Position numbers and translations under genes: made by a program. From Gemmata obscuriglobus (GTDB lineage: Bacteria > Planctomycetota > Planctomycetia > Gemmatales > Gemmataceae), in the NCBI RefSeq assembly GCF_008065095.1, contig NZ_CP042911.1, forward strand, positions 4,980,001 to 5,012,000: a stretch of 32,000 nucleotides of DNA, in the 5' to 3' direction. Of this stretch, positions 1 through 10,746 are shown one piece after another (positions within the stretch are counted from its first letter, which is position 1; each line of letters opens with the position of its first letter). The notes below the pieces were generated by a model. It was not told the DNA's origin. It made no database searches and worked only from the letters and a program-made list of their open reading frames with translations.

Positions 1-351
1 GGGGTATTCGCCTACAACCGCGTCACCGGGCGAGCCCTTTGGCAGTCCGGCACAGTCGAGGGCGAAAGCCAGTCGAAAGACCTTTGGGTGTTCGGCGCGG
101 GTCCCTTCAGCAAAGGCACTATTCGCGACCGCACCGAACTGGCCGGCGAGCCGCTCCCCTCCATCCCGACCCCAGCCGAGTTGCTGGGAACCAAAAGCGA
201 CAAAGATAAGCACGTGATTCCGGCAGCGGGCACCGCTCGAGAGCAGTTTTTCCCCAACAACACAGCGCCTGCGCCGCCACTACCCGTTCCCGCGGCAGCG
301 GAAGCCGTGACTGGTAGCGCGATTCTCGCGAACACGCCGCTCGTGCGCTAG
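1..351 (+). CDS. 3' end of a gene entering from upstream; PQQ-like/BamB-like beta-propeller repeat protein C-terminus (partial)
   Basis: Frame 1 is open from base 1 to TAG at 349-351. It begins GVFAYNRVTGRALWQSG, resembling the YAxxxxTGxxxW repeat of PQQ-like propellers. Third codon positions are G/C-rich. The tracked 88..351 ORF is only its internal-Met tail. Confidence 0.4.
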   Translation, partial: GVFAYNRVTGRALWQSGTVEGESQSKDLWVFGAGPFSKGTIRDRTELAGEPLPSIPTPAELLGTKSDKDKHVIPAAGTAREQFFPNNTAPAPPLPVPAAAEAVTGSAILANTPLVR

Positions 352-553
352 CATCCGCATGCGCTGCTCATGAATACGCCTTTAACTCGACATCCACTCC
401 GAACGGCTCACCCCGCTCGGCACGCACTCCGATAACGGAACTCACTGAGGAGAGGTTCGTAACGATACGAGCGCCCGGTGGACGTAGTCGTTCCGTACTA
501 ACGTTGAACCGTGGCGCCCATTTACGGCGTGCCACGATCCAGAGGCCGCACAG

Positions 554-751
554 ATGCAACCGCTCTCACCACTTGCCCGTCATGAGCCCTCGCACCCGAA
601 CTGGGAACTCCTCCGGCGGCTCGGTTGGTCGGTTGCCAACATTTCCGGAGCGTACTGTGTCGCGTGGCGCGGGCGTGACGAGGTCGTGTTCGAGTGGCGC
701 GAGGACGGGTGGCACCGTATCGGCGGGAGCGGCCCTGTTGAGCAGGTGTAA
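554..751 (+). CDS. hypothetical small protein (65 aa)
   Basis: ATG-initiated ORF with a plausible globular sequence (WELLRRLGWSVANISGAYCVAWRGRDEVVFEWREDGWHRIG). No recognisable family. Overlapping alternative ORFs look like low-complexity shadows. Confidence 0.3.
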   Translation: MQPLSPLARHEPSHPNWELLRRLGWSVANISGAYCVAWRGRDEVVFEWREDGWHRIGGSGPVEQV

Positions 752-1009
752 AACCAAGCAGCCCGGTTTAGTGTGAGCGTTACCGAATGGCGTGAGCAAG
801 AGCTATTCGGATAAGCCACTGCGGCGTGGCGGCCCCAAAAACACGGATGGGTGCGCTCGCGATTCCTACTTGACCTACCCCGGTGCGTGCGGGTACCAAT
901 GAGGTGCCCGTCGCGCCCGTTCGTCTCTCTTGGGCCGGATCGTGATGTGATTCAGAACGACACGCGAATTCCGATCGTAGCCCGAGCCACTCCTTGAGGG
1001 GACAGCCGA

Positions 1010-1195
1010 ATGAACTCCGCCACCCGCGACGTTCCCGCCCCGGAATCCTACGCGACCTTTTGGGAGCCGATCCCGGTGGACACCCCTCCGGTCGTTCACA
1101 CACCGGCCAGGGAGCCGAAAGACGCGTACCAAGATTTCGTTAACATCACCGAAGACGCGCCGGTGTCGCTCCAAGTCTCGCAAATCGACATCTAA
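1010..1195 (+). CDS. hypothetical small protein (61 aa)
   Basis: ATG is preceded by GAGGGGA about 8 nt upstream. Third positions are G/C-rich. It ends 6 nt before the rsmE start. No family recognised. Confidence 0.35.
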   Translation: MNSATRDVPAPESYATFWEPIPVDTPPVVHTPAREPKDAYQDFVNITEDAPVSLQVSQIDI

Positions 1196-1201
1196 TCAGA
1201 C

Positions 1202-1915
1202 GTGTCCGATCGCTTTTACATTCCCGATCTGCTCGGTGCCGGCGAGTTTGTACTTACCGGTCCGGAGGCACACCACCTCGTCGCCGTGCGCCGGTTCGGT
1301 GACGGCGACGAGGTGGTGGTTTTCAACGGAGACGGCAACGACTACCCGGCGCAAATTCTTAGCGCCGGGAAAAAGAGCGTTGTGCTTCTGGTGCGGGAGC
1401 CGGTCTTTGTCAATCGCGAACTCCCCTTCCCGGTCGTGGTCGCGTCAGCCCTTCCGAAAGGAGACCGCGCCGATTTTCTCGTCGAAAAATTGACCGAACT
1501 CGGGGTCAACCGATTCATCCCGCTCATCACGACACGAGCAGTGGTCTTACCCAAAGTGTCGGTGGTGGAAAAGTTCGGGCGTGCGGTGATCGAGGCGAGT
1601 AAGCAATGCGGTCGAAACTGTTTGATGCAAGTGGACGCCCCACAGAAATGGGACTCGTTCGTCGCGCGTGCCGACCTACCGCAGCCGCTAACAATTCTGC
1701 ACACCGGCCCGGGGTTGGTGGGCGCGAGTGGCGCCGGCGGAACCTTGGCCGTCGGCCCCGAGGGCGGGTTCACGACGGAAGAGGTTGAGCGCGCCCTCAC
1801 ACACGGATTTGTAGCCCGGAGCCTGGGTTCTCGTGTGTTGCGGACCGAAACGGCAGCGATTGCCGCTGCCGCGAGATTGGGAGAAGGCACGAAAATCAAT
1901 GCAACGAACGGCTGA
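1202..1915 (+). CDS. rsmE: 16S rRNA (uracil1498-N3)-methyltransferase RsmE
   Basis: GTG start. N-terminal PUA-like region (RFYIPDL..GEFVLTGPEAHHLVAVRR) and a C-terminal SPOUT-type region (VGPEGGFTTEEV..LGSRVLRTETAAIAA), as in the RsmE family. Confidence 0.88.
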   Translation: MSDRFYIPDLLGAGEFVLTGPEAHHLVAVRRFGDGDEVVVFNGDGNDYPAQILSAGKKSVVLLVREPVFVNRELPFPVVVASALPKGDRADFLVEKLTELGVNRFIPLITTRAVVLPKVSVVEKFGRAVIEASKQCGRNCLMQVDAPQKWDSFVARADLPQPLTILHTGPGLVGASGAGGTLAVGPEGGFTTEEVERALTHGFVARSLGSRVLRTETAAIAAAARLGEGTKINATNG

Positions 1916-2038
1916 TCAAAACGGGTTTGCGGCTCGCAACCGCACACGACGATCAAGCCGCAGCGATCCCGGCCATATGAACCATAAGGGGACACAACAG
2001 GTAAGTAACGTTATCGTGTTGCACGTCGTCCCACCATC

Positions 2039-2932
2039 TCAGTAATCTTGCTTTTCAAGCTTCAAGAGCGTGTCTTTAAACGCCTTGGCACTCGGGTAGC
2101 GATCGGCGGGCTCACGTGAAATGGACTTCAGTAGGATGTCCGAGAGCCGGTCATCGAGCTTCGGGTTCAGGTCCTTTGCAACGCGCGGCGGTTGGTTGAG
2201 ACGCCGACGGAAGGTCTCCTCACTCGAAGGCGACCGTTCCCACGGCAACTGGCTCGTGAACACCTCATAGGCCGTGACCCCGAGGGCGAACAGGTCAACG
2301 CGGTGATCGGTGTCTTTCCGCTTCAGGATCTCGGGCGCGAGGATGTCCGGGGTACCGGTTCGGTTCCCCCCCCGACAAAACTCGGGGGTGTAGGGAATGG
2401 TCAGACCGAAGTCGATCAGCTTGAGCACCCCGTCTTTGTCGACCATCACGTTGCGTGGGCACAGGTCGCGGTGCAGCCACTTGTTGTCGTGCATGTACTG
2501 CAACGCGTCGCAGAGCTGGCCGAGGTAGTAGATCCGGTTCCCGTTCAGCTGCGGGGATCGCGTTTCAATCAGGTAGTTCAGTCCGAGGCCGTCGACCCAC
2601 TCCATCACCAGACACGGTGAACCGTCCTCGGTGACCCCCGCCTCGAACGTGCGCACCACGTTCTCGTGCTTCAGCGCCGCACAGATCTCGCCTTCGTGCG
2701 GCTTCTTCAGACCGACGAACCGCTCCTCGAACTTCTTGGTCTTCAGTTTGTCGAGGATCTTGAGACAGACGGTGCGGCCGAGCTCCCGGTCGTAGGCCCG
2801 GTACACCTTCGACATGCTCCCTTGACCGGTGCGTCCGCTCAGCTCGAACCGCCGAGCGACGTTAATCCGCTTCAGCCCCTTGGTGGAGCCGCCGCCCTTC
2901 GATTTACCGAACAGGAAGTCGAACAGGCCCAC
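2039..2932 (-). CDS. Ser/Thr protein kinase, kinase domain only (~297 aa)
   Basis: Hanks-type motifs: GQGSMSKVYRA (G-loop), VCLKIL (VAIK-like), HRDLCPRNVMV (catalytic loop), IDFG, ILAPEIL (APE). The tracked ORF starts at a TTG at 3004. The GTG at 2932 has a GAGG 6 nt upstream and removes a Cys/Arg-rich leader, so it is preferred. Confidence 0.85.
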   Translation of the reverse strand: MGLFDFLFGKSKGGGSTKGLKRINVARRFELSGRTGQGSMSKVYRAYDRELGRTVCLKILDKLKTKKFEERFVGLKKPHEGEICAALKHENVVRTFEAGVTEDGSPCLVMEWVDGLGLNYLIETRSPQLNGNRIYYLGQLCDALQYMHDNKWLHRDLCPRNVMVDKDGVLKLIDFGLTIPYTPEFCRGGNRTGTPDILAPEILKRKDTDHRVDLFALGVTAYEVFTSQLPWERSPSSEETFRRRLNQPPRVAKDLNPKLDDRLSDILLKSISREPADRYPSAKAFKDTLLKLEKQDY

Positions 2933-3034
2933 GACACACCTCAGAAGCGCGGAGCACGGAACACAGCGTGCGGAACGAAGACGCTTGCACGGGCAACCAG
3001 ACAAGCTCCGCGTTTCGGACTCCGCACCCCGCCG

Positions 3035-3907
3035 CTAACGAATTTGACAATAGTCAACGATCCGAGCCACCTCGGTTCGCAGGTCTTTTCGGTGAACGAT
3101 CCGGTCCACGAACCCGTGCTTGAGCAGGAACTCGCTGGTCTGAAAGTTCTCCGGCAGTTCCACTCGCACCGTGTTCGAGATCACCCGGCGGCCGGCAAAG
3201 CCGATCATCGCCTTGGGCTCGGCCAAAGTGATATCGCCCTGCAGCGCCCAGCTCGCCGCCACGCCACCCATTGTGGGGTTTGTCAGGATGCAGATGTACA
3301 AACCGCCCGCCTGGTCGTATCGACCCAGAGCGGCCGAAATCTTCGCCATCTGCATCAGCGACAGGATGCCCTCTTGCATCCGCGCGCCGCCGCCCGACCC
3401 GCTCACAAAAATAAGCGGCAGTTTCAGCTCGGTTGCGCGTTCGGCGGCGCGGGTGAGTTTTTCGCCCACCACGCTACCCATGCTCCCCGCCATGAACGCG
3501 AAGTCGGTGATGCCCAGAACGACGCCGCGACCGCGGATGAACCCCTTACCGGTCACCGCGCCGTCGAGCATCCCGGTCTTTTTCTGCTCTTCCGCGAGCC
3601 GCTGTGCGTACGGGATGCGGTCAACGAAGTTGAGGGGGTCACAGGGCTTGATGTCCGCGTCCCACTCCTCGAAGGTGCCCTCGTCGAGCAACTGCGCGAT
3701 GCGGTCGCGGGCGGGCATGGTGAAGTGGTGGTCGCAGTCCGGGCACACGTGGTGCCGGGCGACCACCTCCTTCTTGTAGACCGTGGTCTTGCAGTTCGTG
3801 CACTTGATCCAGAGGCCTTCCGGCACGCCCCGCTTCGCCCGCTCGGTCGACATGCTCTCCCCCGAATTCGGAACGCGGAGTTCGGGATGCGGAACAGAAG
3901 ACATCAT
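3035..3907 (-). CDS. accD: acetyl-CoA carboxylase carboxyltransferase beta subunit
   Basis: N-terminal Zn ribbon [26 protein letters not shown], then a carboxyltransferase fold ([31 protein letters not shown]). An alternative start at 3853 (MSTERAKRG) is preceded by GGGGGAGAG. Confidence 0.92.
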   Translation of the reverse strand: MMSSVPHPELRVPNSGESMSTERAKRGVPEGLWIKCTNCKTTVYKKEVVARHHVCPDCDHHFTMPARDRIAQLLDEGTFEEWDADIKPCDPLNFVDRIPYAQRLAEEQKKTGMLDGAVTGKGFIRGRGVVLGITDFAFMAGSMGSVVGEKLTRAAERATELKLPLIFVSGSGGGARMQEGILSLMQMAKISAALGRYDQAGGLYICILTNPTMGGVAASWALQGDITLAEPKAMIGFAGRRVISNTVRVELPENFQTSEFLLKHGFVDRIVHRKDLRTEVARIVDYCQIR

Positions 3908-3960
3908 TGCTCCCCGCGAGCCGTTTTGACAATCCGAATTCCGAGCCCCCGCACGCCACC

Positions 3961-5169
3961 TTACGCGCGGTCGTCGATTTGGGCCAGGCTCTGGAACTTC
4001 TTCCCCTCGACGTAAGCGAGGAACGCGCCGCCGCCGGTCGAGACGTGGGTCATCTTGTCCGCGTAGCCGAACTGCTCTGCGGCCTCGGCCGTCTCGCCCC
4101 CGCCCACAACCGTGACACCGGACGAGGCCGACATCGCTTCGGCGATGTACTGCGTGCCCCGCGCGAACGCCGCCTGCTCGAACCAGCCGAGCGGCCCGTT
4201 CCAGATCACGGTCGCGGCGTCTTTGACGGCAGCCTTGTACGCCTCGATCGTCTTCGGGCCGATGTCCACGCCCTCGAAGCCCGCCGGAATCGGCCCCTCG
4301 CAGACCTGCGTCTGGAGCAGGTCGTCGCTCTTGGCCACGACGTAATCGACCGGGAGCACGATCTTCGTCCCGACGTGCTTCAGCAGCGGACCGGCCGCCG
4401 CCACTTCCTCGTCTCCGACGCGGGTGGCGCCCACGTCCACGCCCCGCGCTTTGAGGAAGGTGTACGTCATCTTCCCGCCGATCAGGAGCTGATCGACCTT
4501 CGTGAGCAGCACGTTGATGAACGCGATCTTGTCCGACACCTTCGCGCCGCCCATGATCCCCAGGACCGGCGCCTTGGGCGCGCTCATCAGGCCCTCAATG
4601 ATCTCCAGCTCCTTCGCGACCAGGAGGCCGACCGCGCGGGGCTTACCGGCGGCCTTGAGGGCGGCCGGAACCGCGACCATGCTGGCGTCTTTGTCGTTGT
4701 GGCAGGTGCCGAAGGCGTCGTTGACGTAAGCGTCCGCGAGCGAAGCGATCGCCGCCGCGAACTCCGCGTCGTTCTTCTGCTCGCGCGGGTCGAACCGCAG
4801 GTTTTCGAGCAGGACCACGTCGCCCGGCTTCATTGCGGCAACGGCAGCGGTCACGCCGGCCCCGACCACCTCGCTGGCAGCCTTCTTGACCGGCGTACCG
4901 AGCAGTTCGGAGAACTTGGCGGCCACCTTGTCCATCGTGAGGTTGGCGCGCTCCTCCGGGGTGGCCTTCTCCGGCCGCCCGAGGTGGCTCATGGCGATCA
5001 CGCTCGCGCCCGCGTCGAGCAGGTGCTTGATCGTGGGCAGCGCGGCGCGGATGCGGCGGTCGTTCTTCACGGCGCCGGTCTTCTTGTCGAGCGGGACGTT
5101 GAAGTCCACGCGGACGAGCACCTTCTTACCCTTCAGGTCGCCGAGGTCGTCGAGGGTCTTCTTGGCCAC
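3961..5169 (-). CDS. pgk: phosphoglycerate kinase
   Basis: [27 protein letters not shown] and [10 protein letters not shown] motifs over a full-length 402 aa. GTG start with GAGG 9 nt upstream. Confidence 0.95.
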   Translation of the reverse strand: MAKKTLDDLGDLKGKKVLVRVDFNVPLDKKTGAVKNDRRIRAALPTIKHLLDAGASVIAMSHLGRPEKATPEERANLTMDKVAAKFSELLGTPVKKAASEVVGAGVTAAVAAMKPGDVVLLENLRFDPREQKNDAEFAAAIASLADAYVNDAFGTCHNDKDASMVAVPAALKAAGKPRAVGLLVAKELEIIEGLMSAPKAPVLGIMGGAKVSDKIAFINVLLTKVDQLLIGGKMTYTFLKARGVDVGATRVGDEEVAAAGPLLKHVGTKIVLPVDYVVAKSDDLLQTQVCEGPIPAGFEGVDIGPKTIEAYKAAVKDAATVIWNGPLGWFEQAAFARGTQYIAEAMSASSGVTVVGGGETAEAAEQFGYADKMTHVSTGGGAFLAYVEGKKFQSLAQIDDRA

Positions 5170-5301
5170 GGATCAGAACCTCAGAAAAAGAAGAGGGCCG
5201 CGGACGACCACAGAAAACACAGATCAAAACAGGCTGACGCAGCTTCCGTCCGAATCCGTGTCTTCTGCGGCGACCCGTGGCCGGTTGCCGACACCTTGGG
5301 C

Positions 5302-6486
<1,185 letters not shown>

Positions 6487-6634
6487 CTAACCTGAACTCA
6501 GGAGTTTCAAGTCCGAACGCCCGCACCGGAAGCGACACGGCGGGCCGCCCGTGCCCGGGCCGTTGCGGCTCTGGCCCCACGACTTGAGACGGCTGGAACT
6601 GCATCGAGCCCCTTCCTTTTTAGGCGGAAAAGCA

Positions 6635-7639
6635 ATGTCCAAGGTGGTTCGCGTGGCCGTGACCGGCGCGGCCGGGCGCGTTTCGAGCAGCCTCATCGTG
6701 CGCCTCGCGTCGGGCGAAGTGTTCGGCCCAGAAACGAAGGTGGTCCTCCAGTTGCTCGAGGTGCCGGCGTCGGTGAACCCGGCGGCGCTGAAGAACCTCG
6801 AAGGCGCGATGTACGAGCTCCAGGACTGCGGGTTCTCCACCCTCAAAGACGTCGTCATCACCGACGACCCGAACGTCGCGTTCAACGGGTGCAACTACGC
6901 CCTGCTCGTGGGCGCCGCCCCGCGCGGCCCCGGCGAGCAGCGCAGCGACCTGATCCGCAAGAACGGCGCGATCTTCGTGGGCCAGGGGCAGGCGATCGCG
7001 AAGAACGCGGCGTCCGACGTGCGGATCCTGGTCGTCGGCAACCCGTGCAACACGAACTGCCTCATCGCCTACAGCAACGGCCGGGACGTGCCCGCCGACC
7101 GCTGGCACGCGATGACCCGGCTCGACCACAACCGCGCGGTCTCGGCGCTCGCGATCAAGGCGGGCGTGACCAACGACGCCGTCACCTGCGTCACCATCTG
7201 GGGCAACCACTCGAACACGCAGTACCCGGACTTCACGAACGCCAAGATCGGCGGCCGGCCCGCGACCGAGGTCATCACCGACCGCGCGTGGCTCGAAAAC
7301 ACGTTCGTCCCGAACACCCAGGAGCGCGGGAAGTTCATCATCGACACCACGAAAGTGTCGTCGTCGTTCTCGGCCGCGAACGGGGCCATCGACCACGTCA
7401 AGAGCCTCGTGACCGGCACCCCGGCCGGCGACTGGACCAGCGCCGCCATCGTCTCGAAGGGCGAGTACGGCGTTCCGGCGGGCCTGGTGTTCGGATACCC
7501 CTGCACCACGAGCGGCGACGGTAACTGGAACGTGGTCGAGGGTTTGAAGCTCGACGCGTTCGGCGAAGCGAAGTTCAAGAAGACGCTCGACGAACTGCTG
7601 AAGGAGCAAGAGGTCGTGAAGGACCTGCTCCCGAGCTAA
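6635..7639 (+). CDS. mdh: malate dehydrogenase (NAD-dependent, ~334 aa type)
   Basis: VAVTGAAGRV, GAAPRGPG, VVGNPCNTN, TRLDHNRA and IWGNHS motifs of the LDH/MDH superfamily. The internal ATG at 6635 is chosen over the tracked 6551 start because the upstream 28 aa are not MDH-like. Confidence 0.92.
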   Translation: MSKVVRVAVTGAAGRVSSSLIVRLASGEVFGPETKVVLQLLEVPASVNPAALKNLEGAMYELQDCGFSTLKDVVITDDPNVAFNGCNYALLVGAAPRGPGEQRSDLIRKNGAIFVGQGQAIAKNAASDVRILVVGNPCNTNCLIAYSNGRDVPADRWHAMTRLDHNRAVSALAIKAGVTNDAVTCVTIWGNHSNTQYPDFTNAKIGGRPATEVITDRAWLENTFVPNTQERGKFIIDTTKVSSSFSAANGAIDHVKSLVTGTPAGDWTSAAIVSKGEYGVPAGLVFGYPCTTSGDGNWNVVEGLKLDAFGEAKFKKTLDELLKEQEVVKDLLPS

Positions 7640-7650
7640 TGCGACCAGCC

Positions 7651-7677
7651 GGCCCCTTCGATAAGGCCGAAGGGGCC
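7651..7677 (+). terminator. hairpin downstream of mdh (possible intrinsic terminator)
   Basis: Perfect 10-bp stem ggccccttcg / cgaaggggcc with a 7-nt loop, 12 nt after the mdh stop. The trailing T-tract is weak (gtt). Confidence 0.4.
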
Positions 7678-8147
7678 GTTCATCCATCGGCGCGAATCGG
7701 AACGAGGGAACGCTCTCCTCTTCGCCGTTGTGCCGACGTGCCGAACGGTTGTCGGTCCGAGATGGTTCCACTGCACTTCCCCTCCGCAGCACTTCCGGAA
7801 GTCCTTGGCCCCACAACTCCCATTCATTTACCGCCCAGAACCCGGAACCACGCCCCGATCAAATTCGTCGCAAACGATTACCCAGCGAGCTGTTACTGCG
7901 ACATACACGATACCGACGTGGGCTAATGTCTCTTGACCGACCCCTCGTTTTAAAGGCTTTTGTTGGGTGATTCAGTGGTAGCGATCACCCAGCGATTCGG
8001 TAGCGAATTACCAGTCCGGCGGCGGCGAATGTCCAGTCCGTGCCCCGTCGAATGTAACCCTCGCCCCCCTGCCCTGCCCTCTCGACATTCCGGTCCGAAC
8101 GGGAAAGCAACTGATACATGAACCCACCCGCGATGTCACTTTTGTTG

Positions 8148-8208
8148 ACGAGCCGCGACCGCGAGGGAGCGGGGCCACGTATCCCGCTCCCTCGCGGTCG
8201 CGGCTCGT
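8148..8208. repeat. perfect 26-bp inverted repeat (hairpin, 9-nt loop)
   Basis: acgagccgcgaccgcgagggagcggg (8148-8173) and cccgctccctcgcggtcgcggctcgt (8183-8208) are exact reverse complements. On the plus-strand RNA the stem extends to 8141-8215 through A-U and two G-U pairs. Confidence 0.7.
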
Positions 8209-8659
8209 TAATAAAGCGTTCGTATTACCAAATACACACACAAATTTCACCGGTTTATTAGGAGCGACCTACAAGCGACGGCTACGACACGCACAACTCG
8301 TTCGTAGTCCGGATTCGCGCGGGTCGTCCGAACGTCACGGACCGCCCCCCTATCAAACTGATGGCACCGAAGGGAAAGCCATCGTGCGCACCAACCACGC
8401 CTCACGACGCAGGTGATTAGATGGGGCATTCGGCGTGCTGGCTGAACCCCACCATCCGCTCCAGTCGGCAGCGTCGGCACGGAAGCTACGCTGTGAAACA
8501 CGGAGCAACACCATGTTCCTGCGATATCTCCTCACACACGTTTAAGGTCACTCCGACGCCCCGGTATCCACGATTGAAGCACGCATTAGGTCAGTTATCC
8601 ACGCGGGACGACTTTAATCAGCCTCTCATAAATGTGGGGCATGCTGCTTGAAAACAAAA

Positions 8660-8669
8660 CGACCGGTCG
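8660..8669. promoter_or_regulatory. 10-bp perfect palindrome, candidate TetR operator half-region
   Basis: cgaccggtcg lies 14 nt upstream of the tetR-family ATG. The 8-mer ggtcggta (8665-8672) recurs at 9268-9275 upstream of the MFP gene. This is statistically weak. Confidence 0.2.
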
Positions 8670-8682
8670 GTATCTTTCAGCC

Positions 8683-9234
8683 ATGTCTGAAGCTCACCGG
8701 CGCAAGAAGGAGCCCGAGCACGTCCGCCGGGCCATCATCGAAAGTGCCGCCCGTTTGGCGGTCAACGATGGGTTTGCGTCCTTGAGTATGCAGGCGGTGG
8801 CATCGGCGGCCGGGGTAACCAAGGGAGGACTGCTCCACCACTTCCCGTGCAAGCAGGCCATGGTCGAGGCGGTATTCAAAGAAATGATGGCCGCCCTGGA
8901 TCGGACGATCGATGAGGAGATGGCCCGCGACACTAACCCACGCGGGTCCTTCACACGCGCCTACGTGAGCGCGTTGAGGAAGATCGAAGTCGGCCTCCTC
9001 GACGAGCGGGGAATCCCGATCTCGCTCTCCATGTTGATCGACCCGGCGCTGACCCGGCGCTGGTGCGACTGGATCGGAGACCGGCTCAACAGGCACGCCG
9101 AGACGGACGGCGGTGTGGATCTTGAGATCGTTCGTTTGGCCGCCGACGGGCTCTGGCTGGCCACGATGTGCAAGTCGCCCACGAGTAACAACGCCGAGGC
9201 CGTCATTAATCGTCTGATCGCATGCACCCGATGA
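8683..9234 (+). CDS. TetR/AcrR family transcriptional regulator
   Basis: N-terminal HTH RRAIIESAARLAVNDGFASLSMQAVASAAGVTKGGLLHHF, and a position directly upstream of an efflux pair. The ATG at 8683 is preferred over the tracked 8632 start. Confidence 0.85.
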   Translation: MSEAHRRKKEPEHVRRAIIESAARLAVNDGFASLSMQAVASAAGVTKGGLLHHFPCKQAMVEAVFKEMMAALDRTIDEEMARDTNPRGSFTRAYVSALRKIEVGLLDERGIPISLSMLIDPALTRRWCDWIGDRLNRHAETDGGVDLEIVRLAADGLWLATMCKSPTSNNAEAVINRLIACTR

Positions 9235-9357
9235 CCGGCACGTTTGACCCGGTGCGATCAACAATCAGGTCGGTACACGCGCAACCCATTTAGTCCTCTC
9301 GAAGGACCCGGGTCGGCGCGCCCGCTCCCGAACAGAACCACCCACGACACGAACAGT

Positions 9358-10737
9358 ATGGTTAACGCGTTGCGACTTTACCTCGGCTCGAACGGGTTCA
9401 TCGTTCTGGCGGCGTGTCTCGCGGCCCTGGGGTGCCGGGGCGCCCCGCCGGCCCCGCCCGAGCCCCCGCCGCCGGTCGCGTCGGTCACCCAGCCGATCGA
9501 CTTCCCGGTCCAATCGTACTACGAGTACAACGGCTATCTGGACTCGGTCGAGTCGGTCCAGGTCCGCGCGCGGGTGAAGGGGGTGCTGGAAGAGTTCCGG
9601 TTCACCGAAGGGGACGAGGTGAAGAAGGGGGACCTGCTGTACCGCATCGACCCCCGCGAGTACGAGGCCGCGGAGCTGAAGGCGAAGTCCGATATCAGCA
9701 AGGCGGAGGCCGACGCAGCCAACGCCAAAGCCCAGATCCGGCTCACCAAGGCCGAAGTGGACCGGCAGCAGAAGACCTACAACTCGGGCGCCGGCGCGGT
9801 GTTCGACCTGGACAAGGCCCAGGCGAACCTCGCCGCCGCGCAGGCCCAGTTGGACGTTGCGGCGGCCAACCGCGAGGCGGGCGAGTCGGCGCTCCGGACG
9901 GCCCGGCTGGACCTCGAGTACACGCAGATCAAGGCCCCGATCGACGGCCGCATCAGCCGCACGCTGGTGACCCCCGGCAACCTCGTCGGTCAGAACGAAA
10001 CGACCCTGCTCACGACGATCGTCCGCATGGACGAGTTGTACGTCTACTACGACGCCGCCGAGCGCGACCTGATCGAGTACCAGCGCACCCCGTCCGGGGC
10101 CGCACCGGGCGCGAAGGGGCCGGCGACGCTCCCGGTCGAGTTCGGGGTCGCGACCGAAAAGGGGTTCCCGCACCGGGGCGTCATCGACTTCCGGGAGAAC
10201 CGGGTCGAAACGTCCACGGGCACCGTGCGCATCCGCGGGCGCGTGGCCAACCCGATCGTGGAACCGGGCCGCCACCGGTTGCTCTACCCGGGTCTGTTCG
10301 CCCGAATCCGCGTCCCGTCGGGTCCGCTCCGCACGCTCCCTGTGATTCCCGAAGACGCCCTGATGACCGGCCAGGAGGGCCAGTTCGTTTACGTCCTGGG
10401 TGAGGGCAATGTCGTTCAGAAGCGATCAGTGACGGTCGTCCCGCAACACGTCTGGAAGGCCGAGTCGCAGCAAGGGCCGACGTGGACGCTGGCGGCCCCC
10501 GTACCGCCACCCGGCGGCGCTCCGAGCGCGGGCGCGGCTCCGGGCGCAGGTGGACCGCCGCCGGGTGCGGGCGGCCCGCCGCCGGGACCGGTGCCCGTGC
10601 GGTCCGTTGTCGCGGTGGCGAAGGGACTCACCCGGGCCGATCGGGTGCTCGTGACCGGGCTGACCAAGTCGCGGCCGGGCGCCCCCGTCACGCCCGAGCA
10701 CCGCGAACTCCAGCAGCCGGCGCCCGAGGCCAAGTAA
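9358..10737 (+). CDS. RND efflux periplasmic adaptor (membrane fusion protein, HlyD/MexA-like), probable lipoprotein
   Basis: Signal sequence with a lipobox-like LAALGC, a lipoyl/hairpin region (VQVRARVKGVL..GDEVKKGDLLYRIDPREYE, coiled-coil AELKAKSDISKAEADAANAKAQ) and a beta-barrel region. The tracked ORF begins at a TTG at 9244; the ATG at 9358 gives the signal peptide. Confidence 0.88.
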   Translation: MVNALRLYLGSNGFIVLAACLAALGCRGAPPAPPEPPPPVASVTQPIDFPVQSYYEYNGYLDSVESVQVRARVKGVLEEFRFTEGDEVKKGDLLYRIDPREYEAAELKAKSDISKAEADAANAKAQIRLTKAEVDRQQKTYNSGAGAVFDLDKAQANLAAAQAQLDVAAANREAGESALRTARLDLEYTQIKAPIDGRISRTLVTPGNLVGQNETTLLTTIVRMDELYVYYDAAERDLIEYQRTPSGAAPGAKGPATLPVEFGVATEKGFPHRGVIDFRENRVETSTGTVRIRGRVANPIVEPGRHRLLYPGLFARIRVPSGPLRTLPVIPEDALMTGQEGQFVYVLGEGNVVQKRSVTVVPQHVWKAESQQGPTWTLAAPVPPPGGAPSAGAAPGAGGPPPGAGGPPPGPVPVRSVVAVAKGLTRADRVLVTGLTKSRPGAPVTPEHRELQQPAPEAK

Positions 10738-10746
10738 CAGTTGGTG

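Noticed and set aside
6500-6535. tRNA-like T-loop sequence (ggagtttcaagtccgaac) in the gap-mdh divergent spacer
   Set aside because: The flanking bases do not form a 5-bp T-stem, and no acceptor, D or anticodon arms can be drawn on either strand.
7876-7995. Direct repeat gatYacccagcga (7876-7888 and 7983-7995, 12 of 13 identical)
   Set aside because: The expected number of such matches by chance within a ~1-kb region is of order 0.3 by rough estimate. There is no third copy and no associated structure.
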